From IMG/VR virus record IMGVR_UViG_3300014204_000004, positions 39,710-103,709 of that record: 64,000 nt of DNA; one strand, 5' to 3'. Under the pieces are notes generated by a model. That model had not been told where the DNA came from, made no database searches, and saw only the letters and a list, made by a program, of their open reading frames with translations. This DNA is from a virus. Taxonomy: Duplodnaviria; Caudoviricetes. Shown here piece after piece: positions 29,904-39,926 of the stretch. How positions within the stretch are numbered: the first letter of the stretch is position 1; each line of letters begins with the position of its first letter. The position numbers and the translations under genes are program-made.

Positions 29904-30227
29904 CTATCGAATGATATTGACTCTGATGAACTCTACTACTACCATGCTGTCATCTACTGTAAGCTCATGCTCTATACGCTTAAGGTTCACGTAATAGATA
30001 TCATTGAGCACTTGCAGTAATTCGTCTGTGCTGTTGAATGACTCTGCGATGTAATCAACGTCTTTGATGCTCTTGATGCACACGCTTGTTACGACATACA
30101 TATCATCGTCTACATAGAACGTGTCATGTGCTTGAGCATTGCTAGTGAGTCTACTCGTTACTGTCTTCTCACTATGGACTACTAATGCTTTCAAATCATC
30201 TTTGAATAACAGTTCGATTGTCTTCAT
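29904..30227 (-). CDS. hypothetical early protein lacking Gly, Pro and Trp
   Basis: 107-aa ORF with AAGAGAG RBS inside the GG/CC-depleted segment. Confidence 0.55.
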   Translation of the reverse strand: MKTIELLFKDDLKALVVHSEKTVTSRLTSNAQAHDTFYVDDDMYVVTSVCIKSIKDVDYIAESFNSTDELLQVLNDIYYVNLKRIEHELTVDDSMVVVEFIRVNIIR

Positions 30228-30576
30228 AGTTCACTCTCTTTGAATTAGTTTATTTGTTCTTTCCTTTGTAGTTCTTTGCTATCGCTTCACACTGCTCCTT
30301 CAGTGTGTCTACGCTTATGTACTTCACTGCTTCTTCGATTGCTCTGATGTCGTCTGCGGTTAATGATGTTGTCATGATATACTCTCTTGTGTGTAAGCAT
30401 TGACTTCACTCACTCTTACGACTGTAAGACTTGTGAGATGTAAGATGACTTACACTGTGATTACGTTTCTGATAAATACTCTTTCTTGCTCTTAAGTGAA
30501 TATGTCTTTACTGTGTAGAAAACACGAGAGGAAAAACGTTTCGCGTTGCTCTCTCTATCATTGGCGTGTGAAACTT

Positions 30577-30735
30577 TAGCCATAGCATTACATTATCCAT
30601 GGCACTAGCAATAGTTCTGAGGTTAGCCATAGCATTACCCTATCCATGGCACTCACCACAGCATAGTTCTGAGCCATTACATTACCCTATCCACGGTCAT
30701 AGCCACAGTTCTGAGGTTAGCCATTACATAGTCGT
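30577..30735. repeat. degenerate 47-nt tandem repeat (3 copies + partial)
   Basis: (T/G)AGCCA recurs at 30577, 30624, 30671 and 30718; shared TATCCA and AGTTCTGAG. Confidence 0.8.
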
Positions 30736-30892
30736 GAGATTGACCCCAATACCACCACCTTCACTCTTAAAAGAGTATGGTTAGAGCATTGAAGTACCTA
30801 CCACTCTTTATAATAGCGTGGTGTGACATATGGCTAGGATTTGTAAACGTTTCTGTACCTCGATATTGAGATTTTTTATGGTTAAAACTAAA

Positions 30893-30922
30893 TTGACACA
30901 TAACCGTACTGTGTAGTATAAG
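30893..30922 (+). promoter_or_regulatory. promoter for the morphogenesis operon
   Basis: TTGACA-18nt-TATAAG followed by AGGAGG. Confidence 0.55.
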
Positions 30923-30939
30923 AAGGAAGGAGGTGAACC

Positions 30940-31485
30940 ATGCCTAAGAAAAGGAAAAGAGGGAGAAAGCGCATACACCCTTTGACTATCAATGAGATAC
31001 CACTAGATAGAGCTGAGGCGGCAATCAGACTAGCTGGTGGTTTCTTGTCTAAGGCCGCTGAAACTCTGGGAATATCTTTACAGACGATGCAGTTGATGGT
31101 ACGAAAGTTTTCTACCTTGCGAGATACGTTAACTGAGGCGAGGTACAGAATAGTAGATATAGCGGAAGAGAGTTTGCAGAAGCTTATTGAAGATAAGAAC
31201 GTGACTGCGACTATCTTTGCACTGAAATGTCTTGGTAAGGAGCGTGGTTACGTAGAACAGTACAAACCAGGCTCGTCACCTGACGCACCTCTGTTCATTC
31301 GTGTGATGCCTGTAGCGCCAGTTAGAGGTAGACAGAACAGAGAGATTGAGTTGAACGTACCATCTGCTTTACCGCCACACAGAGAACCAATAGTAAGACG
31401 CAGGAGACAAAGGACTATAGAAACCGAAGCAGTTGAAGTAAGCGATGACCTAGGAATTGACCACAAGGTTGCACAGGAGTTATAA
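30940..31485 (+). CDS. terS: probable terminase small subunit
   Basis: Fis-like HTH (LSKAAETLGIS) and DIAE..L..LI....VTATIFALK..GK.RGY motifs; first gene of the arm, upstream of TerL. Confidence 0.6.
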   Translation: MPKKRKRGRKRIHPLTINEIPLDRAEAAIRLAGGFLSKAAETLGISLQTMQLMVRKFSTLRDTLTEARYRIVDIAEESLQKLIEDKNVTATIFALKCLGKERGYVEQYKPGSSPDAPLFIRVMPVAPVRGRQNREIELNVPSALPPHREPIVRRRRQRTIETEAVEVSDDLGIDHKVAQEL

Positions 31486-31515
31486 TTTCTTGTGGTTTAA
31501 ATTACTTAGGAAGGG

Positions 31516-31986
31516 GTGGTCATCGTGGAAAGAAAAGAGTGTGACGAAAACTTCGTATCTGTTAAGGTGTGTCAGGAGAGACATACTCAGATACAAATAG
31601 CTCATGAGGCAAAACACGGAGATGTGGTGGAGAAGCTTAAGGCACACGCAGAGGTCATAAGGGACGTAGACAAAGAGGTTTCAGAGAACTTTAAACATGT
31701 CCACGAACGCATAGACGAGTTCATGGATACGATAGTAGATACTACCTCACAATTAACTGCACTGGTAAACGATGAAGTGAAAGGTTTGATGGAGAAGGTG
31801 AACAATATTCAGAACAGCCTCAAGAATATGATGATATCCATTCTCATTTCTATTCTTATCAGTGTTATCGGGGCTGGTGTGTCGTTCGTTCTGTCTGAGA
31901 AGAAGTCGCCTGAGAATGGTAACGCTTCGATTGTTCTTGAACTCAAGAAGTTGAATGACAAAATAGACGTAATCGGCAAAAGATAA
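31516..31986 (+). CDS. coiled-coil membrane protein (holin/XhlA-like)
   Basis: Coiled coil plus one TM helix. Confidence 0.45.
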   Translation: MVIVERKECDENFVSVKVCQERHTQIQIAHEAKHGDVVEKLKAHAEVIRDVDKEVSENFKHVHERIDEFMDTIVDTTSQLTALVNDEVKGLMEKVNNIQNSLKNMMISILISILISVIGAGVSFVLSEKKSPENGNASIVLELKKLNDKIDVIGKR

Positions 31987-32001
31987 GCAAGGAGGCAACA
32001 G

Positions 32002-32391
32002 ATGGGTGATTTGGTGTACCAGATTTTTATTGACTATGTAGCACCAGTGCTGGTTTCAATCTTCATGATACTGATATCAGTAGTTCTTAAGAAGCTCCTC
32101 GATAGTCTGAAGCTCAATGTGAGCAAAGAGGCACAGGACGCAATGCTGAAATCAGCAGAAACGCTCGTCTTGGCAATCGAGGAAAGAGCGGCATCGAGCC
32201 TGAAACAGATTAGTATAGGTGGCGGAGATACTGGTGCAAAGATAGATAAGCTTGCCACAGTAATTTCGCTCTTGATGAAACAGTTTCCAGCGTTGACTGA
32301 AGAGAAGGCACAGCAGATTGCAGAGGCGGCAGTTGCCAAGTTACCAGGAATTGGCATAACTCAACTACAACTACCAACTAAAACGGAATAA
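32002..32391 (+). CDS. holin (LL-H-like)
   Basis: N-terminal TM, A..LV.AIEE, K...V and IAEAAV pattern. Confidence 0.55.
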   Translation: MGDLVYQIFIDYVAPVLVSIFMILISVVLKKLLDSLKLNVSKEAQDAMLKSAETLVLAIEERAASSLKQISIGGGDTGAKIDKLATVISLLMKQFPALTEEKAQQIAEAAVAKLPGIGITQLQLPTKTE

Positions 32392-32434
32392 ACGCTGGGT
32401 AGGACACGAAAGGTAAGGGAATAGAGACAATCAC

Positions 32435-33688
32435 ATGCCGAAACCAAGTCTAAAGCTAAAGAACGATGCCCTATTGGGGGATATGACAGCACCACAGAAA
32501 ATCGATGTACAGGTGACGCCTGTATTTACGGCGACGGCTAAAGCCAATACACGTATAGTACTCGAACGCGGTGGTGCTGGATCCAGCAAAAGTTATTCAA
32601 TGTGCCAACATTTGACCTTGAAATTCCTTCAGGAGAAGAAGAAAAAAATTCTAATCCTTAGAAAATCCCTCCCTTACCTTCGTGTATCTACGTACCTCAT
32701 GATGAAAGAAGTAGCAAAGGAGCTGGGTGTACTCGAAAGAATAAATGAAGAAAAGGTAATGCTCAACTGGACGTACAGGGACAACATGATACACTTTGGT
32801 TCACTCGATGACCCCGAGAAGATTAAGTCGAGCGACTGGTCCTACATATGGATGGAAGAGGCGACCGAGTTCACTTACCGCGATTTTATGCTTCTCAAGA
32901 CGAGGTTAAGAACCAAGTCTACTGACAAAGTAAAGAACCAGATGTACCTCAGCTTCAACCCTGTCGATGAATCTCACTGGATAAAAACAGAACTGCTTGA
33001 CAAGCGCATGCCTGGCGTTGGTGAGATACATTCTACCTACATGGACAACCCCTTTCTCGATGATGATTACATTGCCGACCTCGAAGAGATGATAAGGCAG
33101 GATAGAAATTTCCACCGCATTTATACTCTCGGCGAATGGGGCAAGCTTGACAATCTTATCTACTCAAATTGGGATGTCGTGCCAGATTTGTGGCCTGAGG
33201 ACGTTCATGATAGCATATACGGTATCGACTTCGGTTACAATGCACCATCGGTTCTGGTGCAGATAGGCATTAAAGAGAAAGACGTGTACGAAAAGCAGTT
33301 GATATATAAAGACCATCTCACGAACCAGATGTTTATAGAAGAGATGAAAAGGCTTATACCAGTACCTTTTAGAAAGCGTTCATTTTATGCTGACAGTGCC
33401 GAGCCTGACAGAATAGAAGAAATCAAAAAGGCAGGCTTCAATATTAAACCTGCCAACAAAAAGGTTAAAGAAGGAATTGACTTCATTAAGATGTTGCGTG
33501 TACATATTAGTGAATCGAGTGGAGACATTATAAAAGAGAAACGCTCATATAGTTGGCGTACAGATAAGAAAGGCACAGTGCTCGACGAGCCGGTCGGTTT
33601 CTTAGACCATGCTCAAGATGCTGAAAGATATGGTATATACACACACCTTAGAGGGTCGAAAGACTACAAAATCAGATGGGTGTCCTAG
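32435..33688 (+). CDS. terL: terminase large subunit, PBSX family
   Basis: GGAGSSKS Walker A, WMEEATE Walker B, SFNP, STYMDNPFL, GIDFGY, ADSAEP and DHAQDAERY. Confidence 0.95.
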   Translation: MPKPSLKLKNDALLGDMTAPQKIDVQVTPVFTATAKANTRIVLERGGAGSSKSYSMCQHLTLKFLQEKKKKILILRKSLPYLRVSTYLMMKEVAKELGVLERINEEKVMLNWTYRDNMIHFGSLDDPEKIKSSDWSYIWMEEATEFTYRDFMLLKTRLRTKSTDKVKNQMYLSFNPVDESHWIKTELLDKRMPGVGEIHSTYMDNPFLDDDYIADLEEMIRQDRNFHRIYTLGEWGKLDNLIYSNWDVVPDLWPEDVHDSIYGIDFGYNAPSVLVQIGIKEKDVYEKQLIYKDHLTNQMFIEEMKRLIPVPFRKRSFYADSAEPDRIEEIKKAGFNIKPANKKVKEGIDFIKMLRVHISESSGDIIKEKRSYSWRTDKKGTVLDEPVGFLDHAQDAERYGIYTHLRGSKDYKIRWVS

Positions 33689-33697
33689 GGGGAATCA

Positions 33698-35818
33698 ATG
33701 AGTAACTTCTTAATGACACGGGTTTTAAGTAATCTTGGTGTCAAGGCGGCGGCGAGAGGTAAGATAGGTCCAGACTTGACCAATATCAAGATGACCCTCG
33801 CACAAACGGTTGGTTTAAACGCCAGCGACAGGCTCGATAAGCCTTACAGTGATAGTATTTGGGTCTACGCTTCAGTAAATGCTATTGCTAACAACCTCGC
33901 AAAGGTGCCTCTTGTAGTTTATGAAAGAGGCACGAATAAGGCTATCACAGATGAGAACCATCCTGTGGTACGCATGTTCACACATCCCAACGTATATACG
34001 AGCAAGCTCACGTTCATCTTTCTGTTGAGCGCATACATAGATATATACGGTGAGGCGTTTATCGTTATGGATAGAAGCAATCCTAACGAAATACCAGCCG
34101 CCATGTACGCTTTCAGCCCTACCAAGTTTCAGCCAGTTATATCGAAAGACTACAATTCGATTGTCGGGTGGCAGTATCAGAAGGGCAGTGAGACTGTACC
34201 TCTTTCGACATATGAGATACGTCAGTACAAGTATCCCAACCCGTATGACGATATCAGAGGCTTCTCACCTCTCGAAGCTGGTAAGCTCAGTATTGAGCAG
34301 GACTTCTTCGCGGCAGTATTTAACAAGAACTTCTTCAGAGAAGGCGTAAGAGTAAGTGGTTACATAAGTGTACCAACAGAACTGAACGACGACTCCTTTA
34401 ACAGAATCGTTGACCAGTTTGAGCAGAGACATCAGGGTATGAACAAGGCACACAAGATTGCTGTCATAGACAACGACGGCAAATTCATCGAATCAAAGAT
34501 AACACAGAGAGACATGGAGTTCATCGAGTTACGACGTATGACGAGGCAAGAAATCTTTGCCATCTACAAGGTAAACGAAGTTGTTCTTGGTCTCTACAAC
34601 GAAGTTCAGTCCTATGAAGGCGTCAAGATGGCTCACAAGTCCTTCTGGGAAGAAGCAATGCTACCTCGTCTTATGTACCTTGAAGAGTTTCTGAACTACT
34701 CTGTTCTCGATACGATTGATGGTGGCAAGTACGAAGTAAAATTTAACCTTGCACAGGTTGGTGCTCTGCATGATGACTATACCGTTCGTGTGAGCACAGC
34801 AAAAGTATTAGTAAACTTGGGATGGCCGATTAACGCTGTTAATGAACGGCTAGAACTTGGTATGGAACCGGTAGCATGGGGTAATACGTGGTGGGTTCCG
34901 ATGGGTATGCTTCCAGTTGATAGGGTGCTGGCTGAGGCAGACCAGAGTCTTGAGAATCCTGAAACTCCCGCTGTTGGTCCGTACGAAGAAGAAGAGCCCA
35001 CAGAAGGCGAAGACGACGAAGAGGTGGCAGGGGATGAAGAAGATGATGAAGAAAAGCCAAAGCCCTCGACTGATGCAGACAAAGCCTCGTGGTCTAAGTT
35101 TCTGGCGGTTCAAACTCGGTTGGAAGAGCTTGTACGCGGTAAGGTAAAAAAGTTCTTCTTTGACCAACGTAAGCAGATTCTCGAAAATCTGTATAACGGC
35201 AAGACCAAGTTGATTGACATAAACAAAGAGACAAGAAAACTGCAACACATTCTTGGAGCCATCTATCTTGAAGGCACACGCTTTGGCTCAGAGATGATAA
35301 AGGCTGAATATGGCGTAAGCGAAGAAAGGTCACTTGAAGATGAGGAAATCTCAATCAAGGCAGAGGTCACAGCTTACGCTCAGACGAGGTTGAAAATCAT
35401 ACCTCTCGGAATGATGCGAACAGTCGTTAAGCAGTTGAACGCTGTGGTGCAGAACAAGAATCACGCAACGCGAGAAGACGTGGCAGAGGCAATCAGAGGT
35501 ATGTACAACAAGACCATACGTCGTGTGAACAATGTGATTGCCCGTACCGAATCTTCTTCAGTAATTGTAGTAGGTAGAATTTTGCAAATGCAGAGGCTAG
35601 GCGTAAGGCACCACAAATGGGTATCATCGAAGATAGATAAAGGTAGAGATGGTCACGCCAATCTGAACGGCAGAGTAAGACGTATTGGTGAGTCGTTCAA
35701 GGATGATAGTACTCTCAGATACCCAGGCGACCTCTCGTCACCAGGACATGAGGTGATAGGTTGCAGATGCTTTACAGTTATGGCTCAATCTATGGAAGGA
35801 GGATTAGAAAATGAGTAA
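33698..35818 (+). CDS. HK97-type portal fused to a Mu gpF/SPP1 gp7-like head morphogenesis domain
   Basis: VYASVNAIA, YGEAF and RGFSPL portal motifs; acidic linker; IARTE, KW, R.GH..LNG and YPGD...GCRC gpF motifs. Confidence 0.9.
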   Translation: MSNFLMTRVLSNLGVKAAARGKIGPDLTNIKMTLAQTVGLNASDRLDKPYSDSIWVYASVNAIANNLAKVPLVVYERGTNKAITDENHPVVRMFTHPNVYTSKLTFIFLLSAYIDIYGEAFIVMDRSNPNEIPAAMYAFSPTKFQPVISKDYNSIVGWQYQKGSETVPLSTYEIRQYKYPNPYDDIRGFSPLEAGKLSIEQDFFAAVFNKNFFREGVRVSGYISVPTELNDDSFNRIVDQFEQRHQGMNKAHKIAVIDNDGKFIESKITQRDMEFIELRRMTRQEIFAIYKVNEVVLGLYNEVQSYEGVKMAHKSFWEEAMLPRLMYLEEFLNYSVLDTIDGGKYEVKFNLAQVGALHDDYTVRVSTAKVLVNLGWPINAVNERLELGMEPVAWGNTWWVPMGMLPVDRVLAEADQSLENPETPAVGPYEEEEPTEGEDDEEVAGDEEDDEEKPKPSTDADKASWSKFLAVQTRLEELVRGKVKKFFFDQRKQILENLYNGKTKLIDINKETRKLQHILGAIYLEGTRFGSEMIKAEYGVSEERSLEDEEISIKAEVTAYAQTRLKIIPLGMMRTVVKQLNAVVQNKNHATREDVAEAIRGMYNKTIRRVNNVIARTESSSVIVVGRILQMQRLGVRHHKWVSSKIDKGRDGHANLNGRVRRIGESFKDDSTLRYPGDLSSPGHEVIGCRCFTVMAQSMEGGLENE

Positions 35819-36863
35819 GCTCATTCGCAAAATCTTTCCCAGCGCGATTCGTGCGGTAGATAGTGAACGAAAAATCGTTGAAACGGTTATGTCAGACGAA
35901 ACGCTTGACCGTTACGATGAAGTAATTCAGGCATCGGCTTATAAGAAGACACTGAAAAGTTTCATGAGACACCCCGTGCTCTTGTCTTCACATGACTATG
36001 GCAACCTGCGTAGTCAGATTGGTGAGTGGCAGAAGGTGTGGATTGAGAAAAATCAGTTAATTGGTCGTGCCAAGTACTACTACGGCGAAGGTAACCCCGA
36101 AGCAGACTGGGGATTTAAGCTGGCAGAAAGAGGCATCGCCGCTTTTAGCGTAGGCTTCATCGATATCGATTCAGAGTCGGTGGACTGGGAAACCTACATG
36201 AAGGCAAAAGAAGATGGCAAGAGAATTGCCAGACGTACATATAAAGAGGTAGACCTGCTTGAGACCAGTCAGGTGGTTGTACCTGCAAACCCGGCGGCGC
36301 TTCAGAAGAGTCTCGAAGACCAGAATGATATGTACCACGACCTCGCCATGAAGATGAAGTCTAAGTTCATCGACAGTGAGCTTGAGGCTCTCTTTAAAGG
36401 TCCAAGCGAGATTGCTACGAAATTCATGATTCAAGTGCACCTGCCTGAGGTAATCGACCATACAGACGATGACACCTTTACGTCAAAGACTGTGAACGAC
36501 GAACCTGCGGCACCTGCAGAACCGGCAGTTGAGGTACATAAAGAGGCAGAACCGCCGGCAGTAGAAAAAGTTACCGAGGAGGTACAGATGAACGAAGAGC
36601 AGATTAAAAACATCGTGACTCTGGCTCTTGAACCAGTAAAGGCAGAGTTCAAGCAGATGATTGACGATTTTCGTGCCGAGGTGCAGAAGTCTTTCGATGG
36701 GGTAATCACCGGCATGAATCTCAAAACAGTGCTTCCCGAAGGCACATATATCGAAGGCGTGGTAGAAAACACAGACGAACCGCCAGTAGAGGGCAAGTCT
36801 GCCACCGCTGACCTCGATGCAATCATGAAAGGCTTGGGAGAAATTGACGCCAAGTTGAGGTAA
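35811..36863 (+). CDS. HK97-family prohead protease with scaffold-like tail
   Basis: DRYDEVI, PVLLSSHD, FSVGF and LLETSQVVVPANP motifs. Confidence 0.9.
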   Translation: MSKLIRKIFPSAIRAVDSERKIVETVMSDETLDRYDEVIQASAYKKTLKSFMRHPVLLSSHDYGNLRSQIGEWQKVWIEKNQLIGRAKYYYGEGNPEADWGFKLAERGIAAFSVGFIDIDSESVDWETYMKAKEDGKRIARRTYKEVDLLETSQVVVPANPAALQKSLEDQNDMYHDLAMKMKSKFIDSELEALFKGPSEIATKFMIQVHLPEVIDHTDDDTFTSKTVNDEPAAPAEPAVEVHKEAEPPAVEKVTEEVQMNEEQIKNIVTLALEPVKAEFKQMIDDFRAEVQKSFDGVITGMNLKTVLPEGTYIEGVVENTDEPPVEGKSATADLDAIMKGLGEIDAKLR

Positions 36864-36868
36864 AAAAC

Positions 36869-36925
36869 TTGACACGATGGACTGAACCACCGTAGAATAA
36901 GGGTAATGAATAACTGGTTCAGTCC
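36869..36925 (+). promoter_or_regulatory. capsid promoter with overlapping 11-bp inverted repeat
   Basis: TTGACA-18nt-TAGAAT; GGACTGAACCA (36879) / TGGTTCAGTCC (36915). Confidence 0.6.
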
Positions 36926-37000
36926 TAACGAAGGACAATGTTCCAAGCATTTTGAAATATAGATATGAAGGTATAAAAAACTTTAAGGAGGTTTTTAATT

Positions 37001-38206
37001 ATGGCTGATTTAGCTCAGATTCTCGAAAAAATTGCAGAACAGCGTCAGCTTATCGAGACTACTCTTGGTGGGCAGGCCGATAAGATGGTTGGTTATGAAA
37101 CAGCTATCAATACGCTTAACGCTCAGTTGTCAGAAATCGAAAAGAAAATCGCACCAAGGTCCGTATCAGTACCGGGCACCGAAGATGCAGGTTTCATGTG
37201 GTCCAAGGCGTTCTATGCCGTAGCAAGCGGCGACTGGTCTCAGGCCGGTGTCGAGAAAGAAGTAATGGACCAGGCACGAAAAAGGACGGCAATGGAGGCT
37301 CAGTCAGGCTCTCTTGGTGGCAATATCGTACCACGCGAAGTATCTGCTGACCTCATCGCAATGTTCGAGGCGGCTCTTGCACTGAGTTCGGCAGGCATCA
37401 CCACGCTGAGTGGTCTTACCGGCTCACCTTTTGATATCCCGAAACAGACCGGCGGTGCTACTGCATACTGGGTTGGTGAAAACGCTGACATCACTGAATC
37501 CAACCTGGCATTTGGTACCATGTCACTTACCCCGAAGGCAATCGGTTGCCTCGTTAAGACTTCAAACCGTCTGCTCAGACTGGCAAACCCGTCAGTTGAA
37601 GCAATGATAAAACGCGATATGGCCCTTCGTCTGGCTCTTAAAGCAGACCTCGCGGGTCTCAGAGGCACAGGTTCAAGCACACAGCCTCTCGGCGTTGCAA
37701 ACACCCCTGGCATTAACACTGTCGCAATCGGCGCCACAGGCGGCAACGCAACATTCGATACTCTTATGGACCTCGAATACGCCGTTGAAGAGAAGAACGC
37801 ACTCTTCGGCAATCTCGCATACCTCTGGCATCCGGCAATCAGACGTAACCTGCAGAAGCTCAAAGTTGCACAGTTCAGCGGCGACACCGGTGGTCAGTAT
37901 GTGGTACAGCCTGTCTCCAGAGCACAGCTTCGTGAGTGGATAGGTTACGACTACTACGCCACCACACAGATACCTACCGACCTCACCAAGGGCGGTGGAA
38001 CAGGTCTTACAGAGATATACTTCGGCAACTGGCAGGAACTCATCTTCGCAAACTGGGGCGGCATCGAAATCAGTGCCTCTCAGGAAACGTCAACCGCATT
38101 TCAGAAGAATCAGACCTGGATCCGAATCATGCAGGATGTTGACTTCGCCTGCCGTCATCCGGAAAGCTTCGCTCTTTGTAGCGATGCCAAGAAAATCCCT
38201 GTGTAA
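37001..38206 (+). CDS. major capsid protein, HK97 fold
   Basis: GGNIVP, AYWVGE, GTG..QPLG and RHPESF motifs. Confidence 0.95.
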   Translation: MADLAQILEKIAEQRQLIETTLGGQADKMVGYETAINTLNAQLSEIEKKIAPRSVSVPGTEDAGFMWSKAFYAVASGDWSQAGVEKEVMDQARKRTAMEAQSGSLGGNIVPREVSADLIAMFEAALALSSAGITTLSGLTGSPFDIPKQTGGATAYWVGENADITESNLAFGTMSLTPKAIGCLVKTSNRLLRLANPSVEAMIKRDMALRLALKADLAGLRGTGSSTQPLGVANTPGINTVAIGATGGNATFDTLMDLEYAVEEKNALFGNLAYLWHPAIRRNLQKLKVAQFSGDTGGQYVVQPVSRAQLREWIGYDYYATTQIPTDLTKGGGTGLTEIYFGNWQELIFANWGGIEISASQETSTAFQKNQTWIRIMQDVDFACRHPESFALCSDAKKIPV

Positions 38207-38281
38207 TCAGGGAATTTCATCGGTGAATTAAGCTAACGTGTATTCGTTAGACACAAAATATGAAACAGGAGGTAAATCCTT

Positions 38282-38710
38282 ATGAATCTTGCAAAGCAGT
38301 CTGAAGACCTTAAATATGTCACTGCTATTGAGCCCAAAAACGCCGTGGCAGGAACAATCAACGGCAACGATGTTGACACCAGAGGCTTTCGCTCCGCCTC
38401 TTTCGTTCTTGGTGCCGGTCTTGCCTCTGGCGACCCCGTATCTTTCAGCATAGCATGGTCGCTGGAGGAGAAAGAAGCGTCGGGCGATGCCTATGCGGCC
38501 TGTGTACCGGCCATAGCCGGCGAGGCGGTGGCTGGTGCGTCTGATGCGTATGAACAGGGCATTCTCGACGTTCAGCTTGAAGACAGAAAACGCTACGTGA
38601 GAATCGTGGCAGTGGTCACTATCACTGGCGGAACAGAACCGGCCATACCGTTGTCATGTCTGGGCGTTCTTGGCAACCCCTTCGTCATTCCTGTAACACA
38701 GCAGGCGTAA
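38282..38710 (+). CDS. head decoration/cement-like protein
   Basis: NG..VDTRGF and KRYVR pattern; position after the MCP. Confidence 0.55.
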   Translation: MNLAKQSEDLKYVTAIEPKNAVAGTINGNDVDTRGFRSASFVLGAGLASGDPVSFSIAWSLEEKEASGDAYAACVPAIAGEAVAGASDAYEQGILDVQLEDRKRYVRIVAVVTITGGTEPAIPLSCLGVLGNPFVIPVTQQA

Positions 38711-38730
38711 CATCTGTCACATCGTAACGC

Positions 38731-38765
38731 AGAGAGGGAGACCACAAATCTCCCTCTCTTTCTTC
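38731..38765 (+). terminator. intrinsic terminator
   Basis: AGAGAGGGAGA/TCTCCCTCTCT stem followed by TTCTT. Confidence 0.7.
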
Positions 38766-38793
38766 AAACTACAAACACTTCAAGGAGGAAGTT

Positions 38794-39150
38794 ATGCAGG
38801 TAAGAGCAACAGTAAGGAAAGGCTACAGCTACTATGGCAAGAATCGACTCATGATGCCAGAAGATGCCCCTTTCATGGTAGATACTGAGAGCCAAGAATA
38901 CATCGACCAGCAGTGGAAACTCGACATCGAAGCACCGCCTGTACCACCAGAAGTTCCCAAAAAAGAACTCGAACCAGAAGAAGAACTCGAACCAGAAGAA
39001 GAACTCGAACCAGAAGAAGAACTCGAACCAGAAGAAGAACCAGAAGACACAGAAGAAGAAGGTAACGACGAAGAAGGTACAGATGAGAGAGCCGTAACAG
39101 GCGCCAACAATCGTGCCATCACTCGCGCTCGTCGTCATAGAAGTGAATGA
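38794..39150 (+). CDS. acidic protein with ELEPEE x4
   Basis: 18-bp repeat GAACTCGAACCAGAAGAA x4 at 38965-39036. Confidence 0.7.
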   Translation: MQVRATVRKGYSYYGKNRLMMPEDAPFMVDTESQEYIDQQWKLDIEAPPVPPEVPKKELEPEEELEPEEELEPEEELEPEEEPEDTEEEGNDEEGTDERAVTGANNRAITRARRHRSE

Positions 39151-39926
39151 AAATAAACGTCGTCATTGCCAAAAAGGAAAGAGAGGCACATCTTGGTGCT
39201 TGCTTGTACTTTTTGAATGAGGCAGCCAAGCACCAAGGTAATGACGATATTGTTGTTTATGTGGTGGATGAGTATCTGTGCGAGGATAACATCACTCTAC
39301 CAGCTTTCAATTACAGTAACATCAAGGTACATAGAATCAACGTCCCTAGTTGTTCCGATGAATTTAACAAAAGCCGTCTCTTGAATACAGGTTTCATTCT
39401 CATGCGTCAGGACTACGACTGGGTAGCCGTGGTAGATGTAGACATGGTGTATTGGACCACGTTCTTCGCTAAGATGAACGCACTTCTTACCAGTGAGGCT
39501 ACGACCTGCGTATGCAAGGGCTATAGTTTGGACTCTGCAATATCCACGTGTATTCTAAACGGTAAAATGGCTCTACCTGACCCTGAACTGACCTTGAGGT
39601 ACAATGGTAACTCTCAGATAGTACTTACTCGATATGTGGTCGAATTGATAAGAGACATTTACGGTGGCGAAATCTACTGCGATGGTTTTAAGGGGTGGGG
39701 TGGTGAAGATTCAGACATGTCCTTCCGTTTGAAAGACATGATTGCCGCCAATCTTATAACTCAGAAAAGAGTCGATGCCATGTGGTTTCATTTGTGGCAC
39801 GCACCTCGACACGACCTGAGCGACCGCAACAAGAAACTATTCGACAAGAGAAGAGTGACTAACCAAAAAATCTTAGGCAGGTGGCTAAATGAGAATAAAC
39901 ATCGCAGTACCAACCATAAAGACTGA
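39147..39926 (+). CDS. glycosyltransferase (GT-A, GT2/GT7-like)
   Basis: FNKSRLLN.G, DVD and GWGGEDSD motifs. Confidence 0.88.
   Translation: MKINVVIAKKEREAHLGACLYFLNEAAKHQGNDDIVVYVVDEYLCEDNITLPAFNYSNIKVHRINVPSCSDEFNKSRLLNTGFILMRQDYDWVAVVDVDMVYWTTFFAKMNALLTSEATTCVCKGYSLDSAISTCILNGKMALPDPELTLRYNGNSQIVLTRYVVELIRDIYGGEIYCDGFKGWGGEDSDMSFRLKDMIAANLITQKRVDAMWFHLWHAPRHDLSDRNKKLFDKRRVTNQKILGRWLNENKHRSTNHKD

Noticed and set aside
30577-30784. A third guide array, or the 61-aa + ORF 30599-30784
   Set aside because: Period is about 6/47 nt with near-identical copies, unlike the 5-nt variable code; the ORF is just the repeat translated
38965-39036. 18-bp tandem repeat as a regulatory array
   Set aside because: In-frame coding repeat (ELEPEE)
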